A DNA stretch of 64,000 bases from an uncultured bacterium (GCA_963695335.1 OY968764.1:1-64000), one strand, 5' to 3'. Numbered from the stretch's first letter, positions 33,692 to 55,048 are shown. Notes: generated by a model from the letters alone, not told the origin. Translations and numbers: made by a program.

Positions 33692-34018
33692 ATGGCTATA
33701 TCAATTACCCCAGAAAATCATGAAGCAGAAATCAAAAAATCAAATAAACCGGTTATATTAGATATCTATGCAACCTGGTGCGGGCCGTGTCAGCAAATGA
33801 ATCCAACATTAGAAGAGCTCGAAAAAGAATTGGGAGACAAATATAAGTTTGCAAAACTCAACGTGGATGAAGCACGAGAAATATCAATCAAAGATTACGG
33901 TGTCACTTCTGTTCCAACCTTTGTCTTTATTAAAGATGGTGTAATTAAAGGTAAAGAAATGGGATATATGAGTAAAGAAACGTTACACGAGAAAATTGTT
34001 GCTGCATTAGCACAATAA
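33692..34018 (+). CDS. trxA: Thioredoxin
   Basis: WCGPC active site, VTSVPT; start at MAISIT. Confidence 0.93.
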   Translation: MAISITPENHEAEIKKSNKPVILDIYATWCGPCQQMNPTLEELEKELGDKYKFAKLNVDEAREISIKDYGVTSVPTFVFIKDGVIKGKEMGYMSKETLHEKIVAALAQ

Positions 34019-34030
34019 TTAAATTTTAAA

Positions 34031-34070
34031 ATAAAAAAGAGCTCTGGTTTTATCCAAAGCTCTTTTTTAT
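34031..34070. terminator. Bidirectional terminator, array family 1 of 5
   Basis: ataaaaaagagctctgg-tttta-tccaaagctcttttttat. Confidence 0.8.
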
Positions 34071-34095
34071 TTATATCAATATATTCTGTAATTGC

Positions 34096-43829
<9,734 letters not shown>

Positions 43830-43897
43830 ACAACTCCTTTTTTTGTGAAACATAAAATTTTAATAAATTTAAACATAAAAAATAACTATTTAGCAAG

Positions 43898-43939
43898 TTA
43901 AAAAGAGACTCCTGTTTTTAACAAGAGTCTCTTTTTAAC
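43898..43939. terminator. Terminator, array family 4 of 5
   Basis: ttaaaaagagactcctgtt...aacaagagtctctttttaa. Confidence 0.85.
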
Positions 43940-43952
43940 TCAATGTGCAAAA

Positions 43953-46900
43953 TTAATTATGTTGTTCTAACGTATGTAAGCGATTATTAATGTCTTCTAT
44001 TACCATCTGCTGTTGCTCCATGTTCGCATGTAGTTTTTGAACCTCATTAAGCAGCAACACTGGCAATACATGATACTGAACAGTAAACGGTTCACCATTG
44101 CCATCTCTTACCACAAGGCCAGGAAATATTGCATCAACTTCTTCTGCTATTAAACCGTACTGTTGTGTTTCAGAAGCATCATTGTTATACGCAAAAGTTA
44201 CGGGACGAAGATTGTAAATAGCTGCTGATAAATCACTCATATCTTCAATATTATGTTTTACTCTTCTTGTTGAAGCAGCTGTACCTAATTGCCCTGTATC
44301 ATCAACTATGACTGGTAACGTCATTGCACTACCTGTTGTTGTGCTATAAATATTAGCAATACGTGTAACATTATTTTCTGATGCGGAAATTGCTCCAGTA
44401 TTGTATCCAATATAAACGTTACTATTGCCCGTTGTAAGAGTTCCTCCAGCACCAGTACCAATTGCAATATTATTGTTTCCTGTTGTGTTACTTGCTAGTG
44501 CTGAATCACCAAGAACAACATTATTATTACCGATTGTATTGTTAGTTAATGCAAATCTTCCGATTGCTGTATTCAGTGTACCTGTTGTATTAGCAAACAT
44601 TGATCTATAACCAACAGCCGTATTGTTATCAGCGCCACTATTATTCAATGCAAGTTGACCAATTGCTGTGTTATTAGAACCAGTAACATTAAACTGTAGT
44701 GTCTCATCACCAACCGCCGTATTTCCACCACCTGTACCATTAATTTCCATTGATTGTTGTCCAATTGCAGTATTTGAATTACCACCAGTGTTATTATTCA
44801 ATGCATTTCTTCCAACCGCAGTATTACTAACTCCAACACCATTGAATGTCAATGCTCCTGCTCCTACCGCAGTATTTTGAGAACCTGTTCCATTCCCTTT
44901 TAATGCGTCTTGTCCTACAGCAGTGTTAAGAATACTCGTATTGAACTGCAATGCATTACCACCAACAGCTGTGTTACCAAAACCAGTTACGTTGGTTGTA
45001 AGGGCTAAATAACCAACTGCTGTATTTGGTGTACCTGTTGTATTTGAAGATAATGCACTACTACCTACCGCTGTATTACCAACTGTTTGATCATTTACAG
45101 CAAGTGCATTGTAACCAACAGCCGTATTGTCTGTTCCTGTTATGTTTGATTGAAGTGCATTTCTTCCAACAGCAGTATTATCTGTACCTACCGAATTATT
45201 AACAAGCGCTTGAAGCCCCACAGCAGTGTTGTTAATACCTGTTGTATTAGTGAAAAGTGCACTTTGTCCGACCGCAGTATTACCATCAGCTACATTGTTA
45301 AACAATGCATTAACACCAATGGCCGTATTATACGAACCAGTCGTGTTCGTTTGAAGTGCAAAACTTCCAAGTGCGGTATTATTCATTCCTATATTATTTG
45401 CATAAAGCGCATTTGCCCCCACTGCTGTATTATCAATACCCGTTGTATTGTTTATAAGTGCACTATTACCAACAGCTGTATTATTAGAACCAGTTGAATT
45501 AGTGAAAAGAGCATTGTATCCGACAGCAGTGTTGCCATCAACTAAATTATCAGACAATGCACCAACACCAACCGCTGTATTATAAGAACCTGATATATTA
45601 GAGCCCAATGCACCCAATCCAACAGCAACATTGTTATTTCCCATTTCACTGAGAGCAAGAGCAGCTTGTCCAACTGCAGTGTTATTAGCACCTGTTGTAT
45701 TATTTGCAAGCGCATATTCCCCAAAAGCACTATTATTATTTGCAAGATTATTTTGTAATGCATTCATACCAATAGCAGTATTATTAACACCAATTATATT
45801 CGCTGTAAGTGCATTACATCCAACGGCTGTATTAGAAAAACCAGTTGTATTAGACAATAAGCTATTGACACCAATAGCAGTGTTAGAAGAGCCAATGCTA
45901 TTTGCCTGAAGCGCAGCTTGTCCTACCGCTGTGTTAGATGAACCAACAGAATTAGTAAGGAGCGCATTTTGTCCCATTGCTGTATTTTGAATACCTATAG
46001 TATTTGATTGAAGTGCACCTTGTCCTACAGCAGTATTCTGCCATCCCGTTGTATTAGCATTAAGTGAATTTTGTCCAACTGAAGTATTTTGATAACCTAT
46101 TGTATTATTTGCTAATGCATTATGCCCAACTGCAGTATTATTATCAACAGTATTAGCATTCAAAGCTATCACTCCAACAGCTGTATTATTCATTCCTGTT
46201 GCATTAAATGATAAAGTTCCAAGCCCAATAGCAGTGTTATTCGCACCAGTGGTATTTTCTTGTAAAGCGCCTGAACCAAAAGCACTATTTTGATCACCTT
46301 CTGTGTTAAATTGCATTGCATTAGTACCAACAGCTGTATTCATGAATCCAGCATCATTTAATTGAAGAGCATTTTGTCCAACAGCAACATTAGAATAACC
46401 TACTGTATTCGTTGTAAGCGCATTATATCCAACTGCTGTATTAGCAATACCTACTGTATTATTTAAAAGTGTTTGATATCCAACAGCAGTATTATTTATA
46501 CCTGTTGTATTACTCTGTAATGATTGACTACCAACTGCCGTATTACCAACAGTTCCATCATTTGAAAGAAGCGCATTAAAACCTACTGCTGTATTATCCG
46601 TTCCTGTATTATTACCTGATAATGCAGTAGCACCAATAGCAGTATTATTAATTCCACTTACATTAGAATCAAGAGCTTCAAATCCAACAGCGGTATTATT
46701 CACCCCAGTCGTGTTACTCTCCATAGCAAATGTTCCAACAGCTGTGTTTTGTGAACCAGTTGCATTATTAGTAAGCGCCTCATATCCAACGGCAACGTTA
46801 GATGTTCCTGTTGTATTTTCAAAGAGCGCATCATATCCTACGGCAGTATTTCCATCAACTGTATTATAATAAAGCGCACCACTACCCACTGCAGTGTTAT

Positions 46901-48737
46901 TACTACCTGTTGTATTATATTCAAGCGCTTCACAACCTATGACAGTGTTATTATTACCTGTTTCATTAGAATAAAAAGCATATGCACCTACAACAGTATT
47001 ATCACTACCTGCTGTGTTATTTGGCATAGCTCCCGCCCCAACAGCAGTATTACTAGCACCTGTTGTATTGCTGAGTAATGCACCACTTCCAACTGCTGTA
47101 TTAGCATCCGCTCCATCATTTGCAGTGAGTGCATTGTACCCAATCGCAGTATTATCAGTACCAACTGCACTGATCATCAATGCTCCAGATCCCATAGCTG
47201 TGTTATGAGTGCCCACTGTGTTATATTGTAATGCATTTTGACCAACTGCTGTATTAAGATCTCCAGTATTATACAATAACGCATTACTACCAATAGCAAC
47301 ATTACCCATTCCCGTCACATTATTTGCAAGTGCACTAAATCCAACAGCTGTATTGGGTGTACCTGTAGTATTTGCTGCCAATGCAAGACCACCTACAGCC
47401 GTATTAGCATTGGTTCCGGATGTATTTGCAGCAAGCGTATTAAATCCAACTGCAGTGTTATACAATCCTGTTGTATTTGATTCTAAAGCAAATGTTCCCA
47501 CAGCTGTATTATATGTACCACATGTATTTGCAGTAAGAGAATTATATCCAACAGCTGTATTCAGAGTACCTGTTGTATTACCTGCCATTGAACTTGCACC
47601 AACAGCTGTATTATATGACACTGTATTAGCATTTAATGTATTAGCCCCTAATGCAGTATTATTAGTACCTGTAACGTTAGCACTCAATGCATCACCAACC
47701 GCAGTATTATTACTGCCTATTGTAGTAAGAGGTAATGTATTATATCCAACAGCCGTATTACCTGAACCTGTTGTAACAGCTGCAAGTGCATTAACACCAA
47801 ATCCACTATTTCTTCCTGTACCAGTTGTACTTACATTACCAGCATTACTACCCACAAATGTGTTATCTGTTCCAAATGTATGAATAAATAATGATCCTCC
47901 TTTAATAACATTACCCGTAGCAAGGCTTGTTGAATCACTCAAAAAAAGATCGCATCCAGCAATAACATCACATGCACTTACAGTTCCTGATGCAAAAACA
48001 TCACCAACAGAAAGTGTGGTAGCACATATCGTATCCACACAACTTGAAGGATCAAACACTCCTGTAGCACCCGTTGCGCCAGCAGCTCCTGTTGCACCAG
48101 TTGCACCAATACTACCAGACCCTCCTGGTCCAGTTGCTCCCGTTGCACCGGTGTTTCCTGTATGCCCACGGTGCCCGCGATGTCCACGCGGACCACGTGG
48201 CCCTTTACAACACAACGGTTTAACACAACAATTTCCGTTTATATGGGTATCATTATCATTAAATGCATCATCACAACATCTTTGTACAGTCAAATCACCA
48301 TTTTCAATCTGACATTCTAATTCATCGAGCATGTTTTCAATTTTATGTAATTGATCTTCAGACATGCTATGACTCTTACGAACTATAAAATCTTCAGCAT
48401 ATGCAAGCGTTTCTACTATTGCATCATAGTCGCTAACAACATAGCCCCGTTTAATATGATTTCTTAATCCCCACAAAAGAGAATTTTTATTTTCATCAAA
48501 CTTAACTATTTCCTCGATTATATTTTCGATATCACTAACATCATTACCAAGATAAATATAAGAACGTTTTGGATTATTACGGATTTCTTGCAGCTCTATT
48601 TCAGATAAATGAATAGCTACTTTTTGATGCGCATGATCTTCAGAAAGTTGCTCACGCGCCACCATTGGTAATGGCCCAACCAACAAAGCTAACGAGACAA
48701 CTAATGAGAATGATTGAGAAATACATATCTGTTTCAT
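43953..48737 (-). CDS. Fibre protein D, with the longest repeat region and a short collagen segment
   Basis: As A; dozens of ~14-aa NTAVG..AL..NT.G repeats; ASTRRVKHNIEDM. Confidence 0.9.
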   Translation of the reverse strand: MKQICISQSFSLVVSLALLVGPLPMVAREQLSEDHAHQKVAIHLSEIELQEIRNNPKRSYIYLGNDVSDIENIIEEIVKFDENKNSLLWGLRNHIKRGYVVSDYDAIVETLAYAEDFIVRKSHSMSEDQLHKIENMLDELECQIENGDLTVQRCCDDAFNDNDTHINGNCCVKPLCCKGPRGPRGHRGHRGHTGNTGATGATGPGGSGSIGATGATGAAGATGATGVFDPSSCVDTICATTLSVGDVFASGTVSACDVIAGCDLFLSDSTSLATGNVIKGGSLFIHTFGTDNTFVGSNAGNVSTTGTGRNSGFGVNALAAVTTGSGNTAVGYNTLPLTTIGSNNTAVGDALSANVTGTNNTALGANTLNANTVSYNTAVGASSMAGNTTGTLNTAVGYNSLTANTCGTYNTAVGTFALESNTTGLYNTAVGFNTLAANTSGTNANTAVGGLALAANTTGTPNTAVGFSALANNVTGMGNVAIGSNALLYNTGDLNTAVGQNALQYNTVGTHNTAMGSGALMISAVGTDNTAIGYNALTANDGADANTAVGSGALLSNTTGASNTAVGAGAMPNNTAGSDNTVVGAYAFYSNETGNNNTVIGCEALEYNTTGSNNTAVGSGALYYNTVDGNTAVGYDALFENTTGTSNVAVGYEALTNNATGSQNTAVGTFAMESNTTGVNNTAVGFEALDSNVSGINNTAIGATALSGNNTGTDNTAVGFNALLSNDGTVGNTAVGSQSLQSNTTGINNTAVGYQTLLNNTVGIANTAVGYNALTTNTVGYSNVAVGQNALQLNDAGFMNTAVGTNAMQFNTEGDQNSAFGSGALQENTTGANNTAIGLGTLSFNATGMNNTAVGVIALNANTVDNNTAVGHNALANNTIGYQNTSVGQNSLNANTTGWQNTAVGQGALQSNTIGIQNTAMGQNALLTNSVGSSNTAVGQAALQANSIGSSNTAIGVNSLLSNTTGFSNTAVGCNALTANIIGVNNTAIGMNALQNNLANNNSAFGEYALANNTTGANNTAVGQAALALSEMGNNNVAVGLGALGSNISGSYNTAVGVGALSDNLVDGNTAVGYNALFTNSTGSNNTAVGNSALINNTTGIDNTAVGANALYANNIGMNNTALGSFALQTNTTGSYNTAIGVNALFNNVADGNTAVGQSALFTNTTGINNTAVGLQALVNNSVGTDNTAVGRNALQSNITGTDNTAVGYNALAVNDQTVGNTAVGSSALSSNTTGTPNTAVGYLALTTNVTGFGNTAVGGNALQFNTSILNTAVGQDALKGNGTGSQNTAVGAGALTFNGVGVSNTAVGRNALNNNTGGNSNTAIGQQSMEINGTGGGNTAVGDETLQFNVTGSNNTAIGQLALNNSGADNNTAVGYRSMFANTTGTLNTAIGRFALTNNTIGNNNVVLGDSALASNTTGNNNIAIGTGAGGTLTTGNSNVYIGYNTGAISASENNVTRIANIYSTTTGSAMTLPVIVDDTGQLGTAASTRRVKHNIEDMSDLSAAIYNLRPVTFAYNNDASETQQYGLIAEEVDAIFPGLVVRDGNGEPFTVQYHVLPVLLLNEVQKLHANMEQQQMVIEDINNRLHTLEQHN

Positions 48738-48812
48738 ACAACTCCTTTTTTTGTGAAACATGATTTTTTTAGTAAATTTAAACACACACAATAGTCATTT
48801 AGCAAGGTACAC

Positions 48813-48849
48813 AAAAAAAAGACTCCTGGTTTTTACAGGAGTCTTTTTT
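48813..48849. terminator. Terminator downstream of cysS, array family 5 of 5
   Basis: aaaaaagactcctg-gttttta-caggagtctttttt. Confidence 0.85.
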
Positions 48850-48880
48850 ATAATCAAGTTTTTTATATATGCTCTAATTC

Positions 48881-50194
48881 TTATATTTTACCATCGTGAA
48901 CATCAACACCCATCGTTTTTAATTGATCACGCAATTCATCTGAACGTTTCCAATTTTTTTCACGACGCGCTTTATTCCGTTCAATAATGAGTGCTTCTAT
49001 TTCTGGTGTTAGTTCAACAGTTTGTTCTAGCAATGGTTGCAAAGTTAAGCCAAGCACATGAGTAAGTATATTTTTTACCACAGCCAACTCATATTGATTA
49101 TTGGCAATCTCAGCGATATTTTCAAAAATCACTCCAAGTAATCCAGGAGTATTCAGGTCGTCTTGTAAAAACGCTTTCATACGATCAACTATGTCCGACT
49201 GATATGTTGTATTTAATTCTACATTTTGTGCACACAAACGAATCAAACGTTCATAACTTTTTTGAGCACTCGTCAAACCTTCAAAAGAAAATTCAATAGG
49301 CATACGATAATGATGCGTTAAAAAATAATAACGCAAAACCATAGGATCAAAATGTTTATACACATCACGTAAAACAAAAAAATTACCCAATGATTTTGAC
49401 ATTTTTTCTTTATTACTGTTCACCATTCCATTATGTATCCACATGCGTGAAAAAGGTGCTCCCAATAAACTTTCTGATTGAGCGATCTCATTTTCATGAT
49501 GAGGAAATATCAGATCAAGGCCACCACCATGAATATCAATATGTTCACCCAAATTAAGATATGCAAGCACAGAACATTCAATATGCCACCCTGGACGTCC
49601 ATAACCCCATGGGCTCTGCCAAAACTCTCCTTCTGGCTCACCCTTCCACAGCGCAAAATCTAAAGGATTATTTTTTTTATCGCACACATCAATGCGAGCT
49701 CCCGCATGCAAATCTTCTATTTTTTGTTTGGATAATTTTCCATATTCTGGGAACTTTTTAATAGAAAAATAAACATCATTGCCCGCTTGATACGCATCCC
49801 CTTTATCAATAAGTCTTTGAATAAATTCTATAATTTGTGGGATATTGTCTGTCACACGAGGTTCGTGTTGAGGTGATACACAATTGAGTTTTCCAATATC
49901 TTGATGAAAATTTTTAATATAACGGTCAGCAATTTCATGAAACCGTAACCGGTCCCCAAACTCTTTTTCTGCTCGATGCATCGTTTTATCATCAATATCG
50001 GTAAAATTTCTGCAATACGTTACGTCTATACCAAAAAATTGAAGCGTTCTATACAAAAGATCAAAAGCAACATAACATCTACCATGACCAATATGAGCAT
50101 CATCGTATGGAGTAACGCCACAAACGTACATTTTTACCTGTTTGCCTGTTACAAATTCTTCTTTTTTTCCCGTCAGGGTATTGGTAAATTGCAT
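48881..50194 (-). CDS. cysS: Cysteine--tRNA ligase
   Basis: MYVCGVTPYD, HIGH, GRPGWHIECS, FPHHENE, KMSKS. Confidence 0.98.
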   Translation of the reverse strand: MQFTNTLTGKKEEFVTGKQVKMYVCGVTPYDDAHIGHGRCYVAFDLLYRTLQFFGIDVTYCRNFTDIDDKTMHRAEKEFGDRLRFHEIADRYIKNFHQDIGKLNCVSPQHEPRVTDNIPQIIEFIQRLIDKGDAYQAGNDVYFSIKKFPEYGKLSKQKIEDLHAGARIDVCDKKNNPLDFALWKGEPEGEFWQSPWGYGRPGWHIECSVLAYLNLGEHIDIHGGGLDLIFPHHENEIAQSESLLGAPFSRMWIHNGMVNSNKEKMSKSLGNFFVLRDVYKHFDPMVLRYYFLTHHYRMPIEFSFEGLTSAQKSYERLIRLCAQNVELNTTYQSDIVDRMKAFLQDDLNTPGLLGVIFENIAEIANNQYELAVVKNILTHVLGLTLQPLLEQTVELTPEIEALIIERNKARREKNWKRSDELRDQLKTMGVDVHDGKI

Positions 50195-50398
50195 AGTATT
50201 CTCTTTATATCGCCTAATTTTAAATTCATTACAAGAATTTTTTAGTTACTTTCTCTTACTTTAACACAACTTTTGCCATTATTTAAGACCACAAAAGGGA
50301 TATGCCCTAGTAAAAAATTAAAAAATGAGTAGTATGTTTCATTAATTCTTCCTAATTATTGTGTCAATTAAAAGTAATGACGGGCAGCGGGATTATCT

Positions 50399-52888
50399 AT
50401 GATAAAAAAAGGACTTCACAATTACTGTGCTACCATACTTATACTACTCTTTTGCAGTAGTATTACCTTCATCACCAAAACAGAGTCTACCCAAGACTTG
50501 ATAGAAGAGGATAATACGCAAGAAGAAGTAGCACCATCTTTCAATCTTCCACCTCGAATTAATAGTATTATTGTTCACGGCAATGCTTCTACTGCAACAG
50601 ACGCTATCTTAAACAACGTACCCTATAAAATTGGCGAACTGTTTGATCCTCGTAAAACAAAAACACTCATCCGTAACCTTTACTATAAGCTTAAAAAATT
50701 CCGTACAGTCAAAGTTATGGCAGAGCCTCTTGAAAACAATTACATAAATTTGCATGTTATCGTTCAAGAAAAATATCCACTCAAAGAGATACAATTTATT
50801 GGCAATAAAAAAGTATCTGAAAAAGATATCAATAAAAAAATACATCTTGATGAAATCACCGCTATAGATCCTGAAGAACTTAAAATAATCGCCAATAAAA
50901 TCAAAGAACTATACCTTGAAAAAGGGTATCATCAAACAGATATTGCAACAGAAACAGTTCTTGATGATAATAATCGTGCAACTGCAATATTAACGGTGAA
51001 TGAAGGAATAGCCGCAACAGTTAAACAGATACATTTTATTGGCAACAACAGTATTAGCAGCAAAGAATTACGCTCCATTGCTTTGACAAAAGAAGATTGG
51101 CTGCTCGGATTCTTGGATAAATCTGGAAATTATCATCCTGATCGCCTTGAAGGTGACAAACATTTTATCGAGCAATATTACCAAAATTGTGGATTTTTAC
51201 ATGCCAAAGTTGTTGATATTGTAGTAGACATCAATCCAGAAACACAAAACATTATTCTTACATTTGAAATAGAAGAAGGACATCAATACGTTATCAATAA
51301 AATCAGCGCCCCTGGCAAAGATAATGTTTCTGAAGAACATCTTCTTGCAATGCTGCCAATACGCCCCGGTATGTATTATTCACGTGAAGGCATTACCAAT
51401 TCAATAAAACGTCTTGAATATATTTGGGGAGATTTTGGTTATATTTTTGCACATATCGACCCTTCTATCCAATCTAACGAAGATGAAAAAACAGTAGATA
51501 TTTCATTCTTCTCAGAATTGGGAGATCAAGTTTATTTAAATAAGATTAATATCCGTGGCAATACCAAAACACGCGACAAAATCATTAGACGTAAAATTAT
51601 TCTTGATGAAGGCGAATTACTCACCCAAACCAAGATGAATATATCAAAACGTAATGTTGCTTCTCTTGGTTATTTTGATCCAAAAGAAGGCGTTAACTGG
51701 AAAATTCGTCGCCTTAATAAAGAAGAAGCAGATCTTGATTTAATACTCAAAGAAACCAAAACAGGTCACTTTGGTGCACAACTTGGTTTTGGTGGTGCGG
51801 CCGGTGCCACATGGGATGCGGCAATTTCTGGTATGTCAGTAAAAACTGAACTTTCTGACACCAATCTTTTTGGAAGCGGTGTGCATCTAAATTTAAGCGC
51901 AACCTATGCAAAAGATGAACAAACAGCAATGCTCCATGTTGCGCAACCATGGCTCTTTGATAAACCAATTTTAGGGGCATTTGACATCTTCCATCGTCGT
52001 CCAGTCTATGACGAATTACGTCATGTCAGAACTGTTAAACAAAAACTTACCGGCGGATCGGTTACATTTGGTGGAATTACACAATCAAAAAATCCTCTGT
52101 TTCATGACGTCAACATTCTATTTACATCAGGCGTTGAGGATATTAAATATGATGCTAATCCTCCAGAATCTTTATTTGCAAATCCAATAGAAAAAGCACT
52201 CTATCAACAAATTCTTACCAAAGAATTCACACCTGGCACGTATGCATTTGTATCAACAAAACTGGAACAAGATACACGTAACCATCCTGTGCATACTATG
52301 CAAGGTCACAAGTTACGATTCTCTGGAAAATTTGCAATCCCTACCTTTGGCAACAATATTGGTTTCTATAAATTAGAACTTGATGGCAGCTGGTTTACAC
52401 CACTTATTTCTGAATACAATCTGATACTCAAGCTGCATGGCTATTTTGGTGTTGCCTCACCATTCAAAAATAGAATTGTTCCGTTTGGTGATCTGTATCA
52501 TATTGGTGGTCAGCATAGTGTGCGTGGTTTCTTGTTCGGTCAAATTGGACCACAATTCTCTGGCGATACAATTGGTGGTGCAAAGGCATTTTTCTGGAAC
52601 GCAGAACTGATTGCACCCATTACTCCCGATATGAATATGAAAGCTGTTGTATTCTATGATGGTGGTACTGGTTTTAACAATCCATATGTTACACCTGCAG
52701 ATAAACCATTTGTTACTGGCAATGGTTTTGATTATCGCCACGCAGTTGGGATTGGTATCAGAATGTTGCAACCAATGCCAATGAATATTGATTGGGGTTT
52801 CAAAATAGATCCACGCAAAGATAAACTTAATCCAGCCCGCAGCGAATCTGCCTCAGAAATACATTTTGGTATGTCATATGATTGGTAA
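50399..52888 (+). CDS. bamA: Outer membrane protein assembly factor BamA
   Basis: POTRA repeats (I.F.GN..., IRGNTKTRDKIIRR), VRGF motif, C-terminal aromatic residue. Confidence 0.95.
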   Translation: MIKKGLHNYCATILILLFCSSITFITKTESTQDLIEEDNTQEEVAPSFNLPPRINSIIVHGNASTATDAILNNVPYKIGELFDPRKTKTLIRNLYYKLKKFRTVKVMAEPLENNYINLHVIVQEKYPLKEIQFIGNKKVSEKDINKKIHLDEITAIDPEELKIIANKIKELYLEKGYHQTDIATETVLDDNNRATAILTVNEGIAATVKQIHFIGNNSISSKELRSIALTKEDWLLGFLDKSGNYHPDRLEGDKHFIEQYYQNCGFLHAKVVDIVVDINPETQNIILTFEIEEGHQYVINKISAPGKDNVSEEHLLAMLPIRPGMYYSREGITNSIKRLEYIWGDFGYIFAHIDPSIQSNEDEKTVDISFFSELGDQVYLNKINIRGNTKTRDKIIRRKIILDEGELLTQTKMNISKRNVASLGYFDPKEGVNWKIRRLNKEEADLDLILKETKTGHFGAQLGFGGAAGATWDAAISGMSVKTELSDTNLFGSGVHLNLSATYAKDEQTAMLHVAQPWLFDKPILGAFDIFHRRPVYDELRHVRTVKQKLTGGSVTFGGITQSKNPLFHDVNILFTSGVEDIKYDANPPESLFANPIEKALYQQILTKEFTPGTYAFVSTKLEQDTRNHPVHTMQGHKLRFSGKFAIPTFGNNIGFYKLELDGSWFTPLISEYNLILKLHGYFGVASPFKNRIVPFGDLYHIGGQHSVRGFLFGQIGPQFSGDTIGGAKAFFWNAELIAPITPDMNMKAVVFYDGGTGFNNPYVTPADKPFVTGNGFDYRHAVGIGIRMLQPMPMNIDWGFKIDPRKDKLNPARSESASEIHFGMSYDW

Positions 52889-53153
52889 AAAACAGATTTT
52901 ATTGCTCAGCATAAATGCTCTGCAGATTAATGCCATGCATGAGATTATAGTTTATAAACCAATATCTGGTGTGATGACATTTTCACGAGAAGAAAAACAA
53001 ATCATCGACCGTCTCCCGTTTATCATAGAAAAAATTAGAAAAGAAAGAGCAAAGGAAATAAAAGATCATGAATATCAAAAAGATCATCACACTGAGCCTT
53101 ATTCTTGCCATCAATCTTTCCAATATTCGCGCGATGGAACATCCAAACTCTGA
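52878..53153 (+). CDS. Small hypothetical secreted protein
   Basis: Signal-like MIGKKQILLLSINALQINA-MH; overlaps neighbouring genes. Confidence 0.45.
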   Translation: MIGKKQILLLSINALQINAMHEIIVYKPISGVMTFSREEKQIIDRLPFIIEKIRKERAKEIKDHEYQKDHHTEPYSCHQSFQYSRDGTSKL

Positions 53154-54567
53154 GAAAACACAAAAATTTGTGAATGCAATGCAAGGCTCAGAATTTGCAA
53201 GCGTGACACAATCACCAAAATTTTTGGCTCTGCTGCAAAAACCAGAATTTTGGGCTATGATGCAAACACCGCAATTTCAATCTTTTTTAAAGGCACTAGA
53301 GTTTCATCAACAAAATCGCAATCTAAAATCATACGCTCACATACAAGAAACATTGGAAGATTTATTAGAAACTGAAGCACTCGAAGATCTTTTTCACACT
53401 GGAATATTTTCAGATTATATACGTATAAAACATCATATCATGAAAGAAATAGACGAGTATAAAGAATATCAAGGCGCAAAACAACTTTATACTGAAGGCG
53501 GTCTAACTGAAGACATGGTTGATGATTGTAAAAAAACATTACGCAACACACAAGCATATAAAGAGCTCATAGATGCTGCAAATGCAGAAATGTTTCCTGC
53601 GCATAAGAATATTGCAAACAAAACATCTAAAATATTCTCAGCTGATAACGATAGCAATACAACAACTGCATCATCTACCACTCAATCGCAACAAAGCATA
53701 AATCCTTGCAACTTTCAAGATCCTGCAAATGATGAAACTGCAGCTTTTTTAAGTATGACTCAAACACCGCAGTACCAAGCTTATGCCCAAGCAACAAAAC
53801 TTCATGAAAAACATAATACTCTTGAAACAAAAGGACTCTTAGAAGAAGCTTTGGGCCTTCTGATAGAAACTCCAGAATCAAAACTTTTGCTCCAACTAAA
53901 AGAGCAACAAAAAGCAGAGGCCAACAATGCTCAAGAATACTCAGATCATGTATTAACAAAAAATCTTGCCATGGAACAAACACCGGAATACAAACAATAT
54001 CAAGAAGCAAAACTAGCCTATGAACAAAATCCCAATGAAGATACAAAATATATGGTTGATCTCTGCAAAGCTGAACTACGCAGCACAAGAGAAGGTCAAG
54101 AATGGCTGCATGCAACAGACCAAGAACAACATGTCACAAATAACATTGTCAACTCTGAAAAATGGAAAAGAGAGCAACAATATCCAAGGTTTCAGGACAA
54201 CACATCAATCATAGAAAATAGAAATAATGCATGGCTAATAGTTCAAAACACAAAAGAATATCAACGTTTTAGTCAAGCAAAGTTAGATCATGAACGCTAC
54301 AACAATGAAGACACTTTATACCTTGTCAAAGAACACCAAAAACTTGCCAAAGAAACTCCAGAATATAAAACTTACTTTGCGCTTGAGCAACAACGACGTG
54401 CAATAACAGGGGAACCTCGAACAAATAATAGTAACAACGATTGTTTTATTCAACCTAAAGGTCCAAAAATAGATATCCCATTAACATCGCCTAACAACAA
54501 CTATTCACCGAGAGAAACCTGCGTGCCTCGAGAGATACAATTGCAACTGACGAATAACAAAAAATAA
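53068..54567 (+). CDS. Secreted helical repeat protein (TPEY-type repeats)
   Basis: Signal then ME; recurrent (Q/E/N)T(P/K)(E/Q)(Y/F) helices. Confidence 0.78.
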   Translation: MNIKKIITLSLILAINLSNIRAMEHPNSEKTQKFVNAMQGSEFASVTQSPKFLALLQKPEFWAMMQTPQFQSFLKALEFHQQNRNLKSYAHIQETLEDLLETEALEDLFHTGIFSDYIRIKHHIMKEIDEYKEYQGAKQLYTEGGLTEDMVDDCKKTLRNTQAYKELIDAANAEMFPAHKNIANKTSKIFSADNDSNTTTASSTTQSQQSINPCNFQDPANDETAAFLSMTQTPQYQAYAQATKLHEKHNTLETKGLLEEALGLLIETPESKLLLQLKEQQKAEANNAQEYSDHVLTKNLAMEQTPEYKQYQEAKLAYEQNPNEDTKYMVDLCKAELRSTREGQEWLHATDQEQHVTNNIVNSEKWKREQQYPRFQDNTSIIENRNNAWLIVQNTKEYQRFSQAKLDHERYNNEDTLYLVKEHQKLAKETPEYKTYFALEQQRRAITGEPRTNNSNNDCFIQPKGPKIDIPLTSPNNNYSPRETCVPREIQLQLTNNKK

Positions 54568-54656
54568 CTTTTATTTTCTTCAATAATTGCTTCTGATTCC
54601 ATCCCCCTTGTATAATCAACACAAAATAAACTGACAAACCAAAAGGGGGATGGTTT

Positions 54657-55034
54657 ATGAATATTCACAATCTATCATGCTTATTTCTTTTATCTCTTAG
54701 CTCCTTACTACACACCAGCCCATTCGCTACACGTCTTATGCTCACTAATACAGAAGAAACAAAACAATCTCATACAGATCACCTTTTTATACAAGCAAAA
54801 AAAAGCGCTGACGACTATATCAATGCACGTAGCCAATGTTTACAAACACATGATTGCATAACTAACAAAGAATATAGAAACGCAAGGAAGTTGGTTATAT
54901 CTTCTATCACAGATTTGATCATTCATATAGATACATATGACGATGATGATGCTACTCATACTCATGAAAAAAATGAAGCTGAAAATATCAAAAATCAGCT
55001 CATACAATTACTAGAGAGTACAGATAAAAAATAA
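54657..55034 (+). CDS. Hypothetical secreted protein
   Basis: GGGGGA RBS; TTGCTT-18-TATAAT upstream; signal-like N-terminus. Confidence 0.7.
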   Translation: MNIHNLSCLFLLSLSSLLHTSPFATRLMLTNTEETKQSHTDHLFIQAKKSADDYINARSQCLQTHDCITNKEYRNARKLVISSITDLIIHIDTYDDDDATHTHEKNEAENIKNQLIQLLESTDKK

Positions 55035-55048
55035 GTGTGAAATCAGCT

